NCBI GenBank assembly: GCA_002372315.1
Contig: DFFU01000026.1
Span: 1,230-65,229, forward strand
Length of the DNA: 64,000 bases
Direction: 5' to 3'
From: Alphaproteobacteria bacterium UBA3768
GTDB taxonomy: Bacteria; Pseudomonadota; Alphaproteobacteria; CAAHEQ01; UBA3637
The translations under genes and the position numbers were made by a program. The notes beneath the pieces were generated by a model. The model searched no databases, was not told where the DNA came from, and worked only from the letters and a program-made list of their open reading frames with translations. Of the stretch, positions 62,101 through 64,000 are shown piece after piece; the stretch's first letter is position 1, and each line of letters begins with the position of its first letter.

Positions 62101-64000
62101 CTGCCCAAAATAACTCTATTTTAATGACAAAAAATACAGAGCTAACAGGATGGAATACCTTCAGTTTGGATAACTCTCAATGGACATCAAATAATGATGA
62201 TATAGGGATAAATTCACTTCAAATACATGATTCGGATTGGACAGATAATTCCAGTTTGATAATGCTTTCTCCTAATTCCAGTGAAAACTCTATAATAATT
62301 ACAGGACAATCCAATGTGACCTTAAATAATACAAGTACGGTGCGCAGAAATTATATGGGTAGTGGGACTGGAAGTGGTGGTGATAATTATACTAACAGTA
62401 TTCAAATTATGAATGAAGATAACAATCATCCACAAATCACCTTAAATAAAGGTACCGATTTTAATGCACTGAAATTCATGGCTACAGGAACAAAAATAAC
62501 AGCCAATGATGCCTCTTTTGGGGCAGGGGGGATAGCCATTTCAGAAACACTCCTTTCGCCCGAAATGAATGCTGCGATGGATTTAAAAGGACTCTCTCTG
62601 CTTTATAGTACTGCACCTTGGTCCCCAATTGATTTTAGTATTTATGATAGCAATTTAACTTTAAATGGTACTTCATCCTTAAAATTTTCCACAGGCTATG
62701 TACGTGGTGATTTGGTATCAGGAAAAGGAACCTATACGGATCTGACACCCGAGTATATGCGTAAGAATTATACTTATTTATTAAGGGAATTTAACAAGCG
62801 ATATGATGAAGATTTGGCAGAAAATTATATTGATGATTTGTATTCCAGTGCAAATGCCAATATAGATTTAGATAATACCCAAATCACCCTAAATGGTATT
62901 TCATCCATTATCAATGACTCTTTATCAACTGAAACAGAGAAGGGAAATGTAAATTTAACAAATGATTCCATTTTATTGGTAAAAGGTAAAAATACAATTC
63001 GTACCACGAAAGATGTGTATTTGAAGGATAGTACTTTGGATATTGCGAAAGGTGCAACTTTAACGGTTCAATCTGGTTACAATGAATCCAGAAATAAATA
63101 TATGGATGACACTATTTATTTGGATAATGCTATATTGAAACTTTCCGGAACTTTAAATGGTTCTTTAAAAGGGACAGTCAGCTCTTTAACGCTATCCTCT
63201 GGATTTAAATATACGGGTGATATTAATTTTGATAACAGCGAAATCAGCGGTTTTGGTGTGTCAGGTGTCACAAATGTAAGGGCCATTTTGCCAATTTTGG
63301 ATATGTATGAAGAAATGGGTGGAACTAGTATTCAAACATTTACAATGACTGATAGGTCTGCCCTTAATTTATCCACTATATCTGATTTAATTGGTAATGC
63401 CGATGAGATGAGAGTTGAAAATAATTCCACTTTAACTGTTGATGCGAATGCAGAATTAAACAGATTTATTGGCAAGTTATCCACAATCAAAATCAATAAA
63501 AATGTAGAAATGGATGTATCTGAGATTGATTTAAAAGATTCTTCATTAACAATAAATGGAGATATTTCAACCGCAAGTGGTGAAACATACATAAATACCA
63601 ATTCATTGACAATGGATAATTCTAATAAGCCTCAAGCGATGAGTCTCACACTTTCAAATGCAGGTATATTTGTTGAAAATGGTGATGTAAATTTAAAAAA
63701 TACGAATTTAAATATTTTAGGTAGTGCCAGAAATATGGATCCAACGGCATTAGAAGCAGAAGGGGAACTTCGTATTTTTAATGATCCCAATACAAGGGCT
63801 ACAATAAATATTTCTAATGCAGATATTGCGGCTTCAAATATAGCATTAACAAATACCTCATTACTCATGTCAGGGAGTATAGACAAATATACGAAAGAAC
63901 CAATGAATGGTGTAGCAACAAATGAACTGTCTATTGATAATTCAGGAAATAACAGAGCACAGATATCGTTATCAAGGTTATATATTGATGGGAACACAAA
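56145..64000 (+). CDS. giant secreted repeat protein, autotransporter/adhesin-like (>2618 aa in window, 3' end beyond window)
   Basis: The ATG at 56145 follows a GGAGGG SD and the reading frame stays open to the window end. The N-terminus MRYSKTTIKELNRLYRHVLKKCFILNVFGILWTMPTYAADD resembles an extended signal peptide region (ESPR, N-x-x-YR motif). Repeats of the TLNGTSS / INGNNT / DNxTIxLNG type are typical of beta-helical passenger domains, and there is a large internal duplication. Confidence 0.65.
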   Translation, partial: MRYSKTTIKELNRLYRHVLKKCFILNVFGILWTMPTYAADDVILSDIINQQKIVSDSDVAKINSEINIYSTNETTPSALQANQVEISGKLNVGNGSDATSQTLSSIIVPEVTVWHHDEHVSYWNYERGSIKVLSGGELNLTATGLNSTKITGRSGEGFDWYNPALEVSEGAILNIEASNLPSDAYNGDSDFIDDWNIDYGVSLQTASAVINGALNITATDNLVHWTTGREGITLGTNAIFNINLKTSEVPMDLKIHAGGAFVSGSNSKINLNSNSAISADSESSDIEIGAAKIDLSGQIAAISSDISSIAGYAIEDGGVVIPTIQIGHNENPRSTLNMTFSDMGIIAATDHYYQMMDEEDKEELLSVKSNPEIFLSELRGTLYMIKGVKLSDDVMVSSVAGTQEKYVWAEKQENGEWQETLYDNSADGFWDRVKNYIQSMNNDQLIQMNDNLVTAVRGFETDGIHFENADVTLENGVEVANKLSGDIVADESNITLNGSNEEEGRIFSTIINHSGATGDIAFNDSTITMNDDTSLVRGIYEWDETVADGIDVIQHNLGIASSQGDIGFDTSTLNMNGTSSLVLSDTNGRIVAKDNSIININGDNVFSLKNVIDGEGAGAVFLKESTLNIAKGASLTLNTQLKGYIDEHGKEWAPAIHGDADSVINLEGTLKGSVSTAGLLAFTDKDAFIDGDILSVGTLDITPISGEISDIVSGQIIGVDNLSLTGNKEYTLNKAIFSTSDDDVAYVMSSVIMDNFKQIMKLTSNEKEYYTTDGRTTLTPIDNQMGALSVVDGATLSSDKTFYADSVVLDNGASLNMTNISSIENLTIKNGSQGKFNCALSAHSVLLEGKNSGLELGGTPLDFSLISGTFSVLNGATLKTENGPSFMLGTIVLDHATWNGNNIAEVNLAEISSDNSVLNLNNSKFSHGLETVMNIRNSKVTLSNSDFGLAETNFDHTTLVSTNSVIGNRPITLVNARYLTDEGDIIPAFAVLGSGEAFDSKMLIKNSHITLNGNSALESSSIFNDYQLGAIAITPTYFKENAAKWVGMLSESPMDWIEDPQGYVDGLTTFANNIELDNTTIMLNGTSSIINNSLSLTNAEGESTGNVNLVDSELNVNGNNTIRTTGVVNLANSTLNIAQGSKLTLERNEIEGSDGLATIYGDADSVIDISGRLNGNVNTLGELKFSSDTAFVNGDIQAAELNVADGTTWSLDRSKSFSADKINIERGGTIDIIAKNRDANLSTEVIDVAGTLNVGNTQSVTQKLLSSIAGTVNVLDGGVMNLNATGNQNTRFSHQNGVNGEFSENNLTINKGGQFNVVSSNLPINYNSYSGDDTEIGAFLETGDVLANGQIHLVTNNNIINWQANNFTLGETGKLIVINKDPKKQDVDININVGNFTSDKGSEIQLLSDETADIGLTADTMNLSGNIKMNSASAFAFGSSFNADNALIDLTYSDIGMNRYADNYFDLMDEENQRERILQLKQNIANGNLLYEIYGILSKNSSVRITDNLSVSHNSQTGQYSFNNEDQMMEYNDFEQELQKRLSSLKSTSKLKQLHDNLLDYRRARIADMTIRNSIINAEYASEIYNELSGDMNILSSEINLKKGKKYTSIINHQGRMGDIYFGKDNDSIRSSLVNLHDNTGIIKGLFYWDEKGMRLSPNVKVSEGSIIFDNNSTLNMYGTSYLALSDTNGRIVAKNGSTININGNNTFHLINSIQGKGAGSIFLGDESGDIDNKTTLNIASNSSLSLLTQNNEGYNDGTEQYLPIIYGYENSVINIAGTLKGSVSTDGLLKFSSKKAKINGDILKLGALEFATAGGEISNFISGKLYNLNELNLAGKDRYTLNKGVFAVNDDDIACEIWNSAYPKERNIVKLTEGEYNSLIDPTYMITDFKLKPVDNQFKLISLKEGASFSSNKSLYADSVIVDNANFIMTQPFGFENLSLNNDAKMTLTSNNSYFLFPFPYTSEIHMDHSTLNLTSALIGNNVISAQNNSILMTKNTELTGWNTFSLDNSQWTSNNDDIGINSLQIHDSDWTDNSSLIMLSPNSSENSIIITGQSNVTLNNTSTVRRNYMGSGTGSGGDNYTNSIQIMNEDNNHPQITLNKGTDFNALKFMATGTKITANDASFGAGGIAISETLLSPEMNAAMDLKGLSLLYSTAPWSPIDFSIYDSNLTLNGTSSLKFSTGYVRGDLVSGKGTYTDLTPEYMRKNYTYLLREFNKRYDEDLAENYIDDLYSSANANIDLDNTQITLNGISSIINDSLSTETEKGNVNLTNDSILLVKGKNTIRTTKDVYLKDSTLDIAKGATLTVQSGYNESRNKYMDDTIYLDNAILKLSGTLNGSLKGTVSSLTLSSGFKYTGDINFDNSEISGFGVSGVTNVRAILPILDMYEEMGGTSIQTFTMTDRSALNLSTISDLIGNADEMRVENNSTLTVDANAELNRFIGKLSTIKINKNVEMDVSEIDLKDSSLTINGDISTASGETYINTNSLTMDNSNKPQAMSLTLSNAGIFVENGDVNLKNTNLNILGSARNMDPTALEAEGELRIFNDPNTRATINISNADIAASNIALTNTSLLMSGSIDKYTKEPMNGVATNELSIDNSGNNRAQISLSRLYIDGNT

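Noticed and set aside
56813-63997. Minus-strand ORFs listed in the track across the giant adhesin gene
   Set aside because: The plus strand has a continuous >7.8-kb open frame with a signal peptide and repeat architecture. The antisense ORFs are by-products.

Overview
This 64-kb window comes from a low-GC alphaproteobacterial chromosome. The assignment rests on a CtrA response regulator, ihfA-merR synteny, and LexA boxes of the GTTC-N7-GTTC type.

The housekeeping core spans roughly 1 to 37,100:
- rpoD, a PTS enzyme I, glk, sufE and lexA (with its SOS-box promoter)
- rpsI-rplM, psd-pssA, and the mreBCD-mrdA-rodA cell-shape operon
- tRNA-Ser
- murein hydrolases (MltB-like, rlpA, dacC-type) followed by tmk-holB-tatD, then suhB, rpmF-plsX, ihfA-merR, ctrA and aspS
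- two unusual prepilin-like proteins

A roughly 17.5-kb horizontally acquired island occupies 37,126 to 54,693, bounded by two direct tRNA-Val(CAC) copies that share an identical 56-bp 3' segment. It carries:
- a tyrosine integrase and an AlpA-like excisionase
- two serine recombinases bracketing a small cassette with a SLOG/DUF1273-like gene
- iteron-like repeats
- a three-gene putative defence operon: a 1630-aa Type ISP-like fusion of Mrr nuclease, SF2 DEAH motor and NPPY N6-adenine methyltransferase, translationally coupled to a PIF1-like SF1B helicase and a GIY-YIG nuclease
The operon is the most interesting candidate system in the window. Island genes use AGA/AGG arginine codons, unlike the CGT/CGC-using core.

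After the island come two hypothetical genes, tRNA-Asn and tRNA-Cys, and the start of a giant (>2600 aa in window) secreted autotransporter-like repeat protein with a roughly 3.3-kb internal superrepeat.

Several candidate regulatory RNAs and motifs are flagged:
- a promoter-to-terminator structured RNA upstream of the large pilin-like gene
- a structured leader before aspS
- a small promoter/terminator-delimited transcript upstream of the restriction gene
- a CtrA box
- a conserved AACTGAAAGG motif upstream of island genes

All calls are from manual reading of the sequence and ORF track; no database searches were run.
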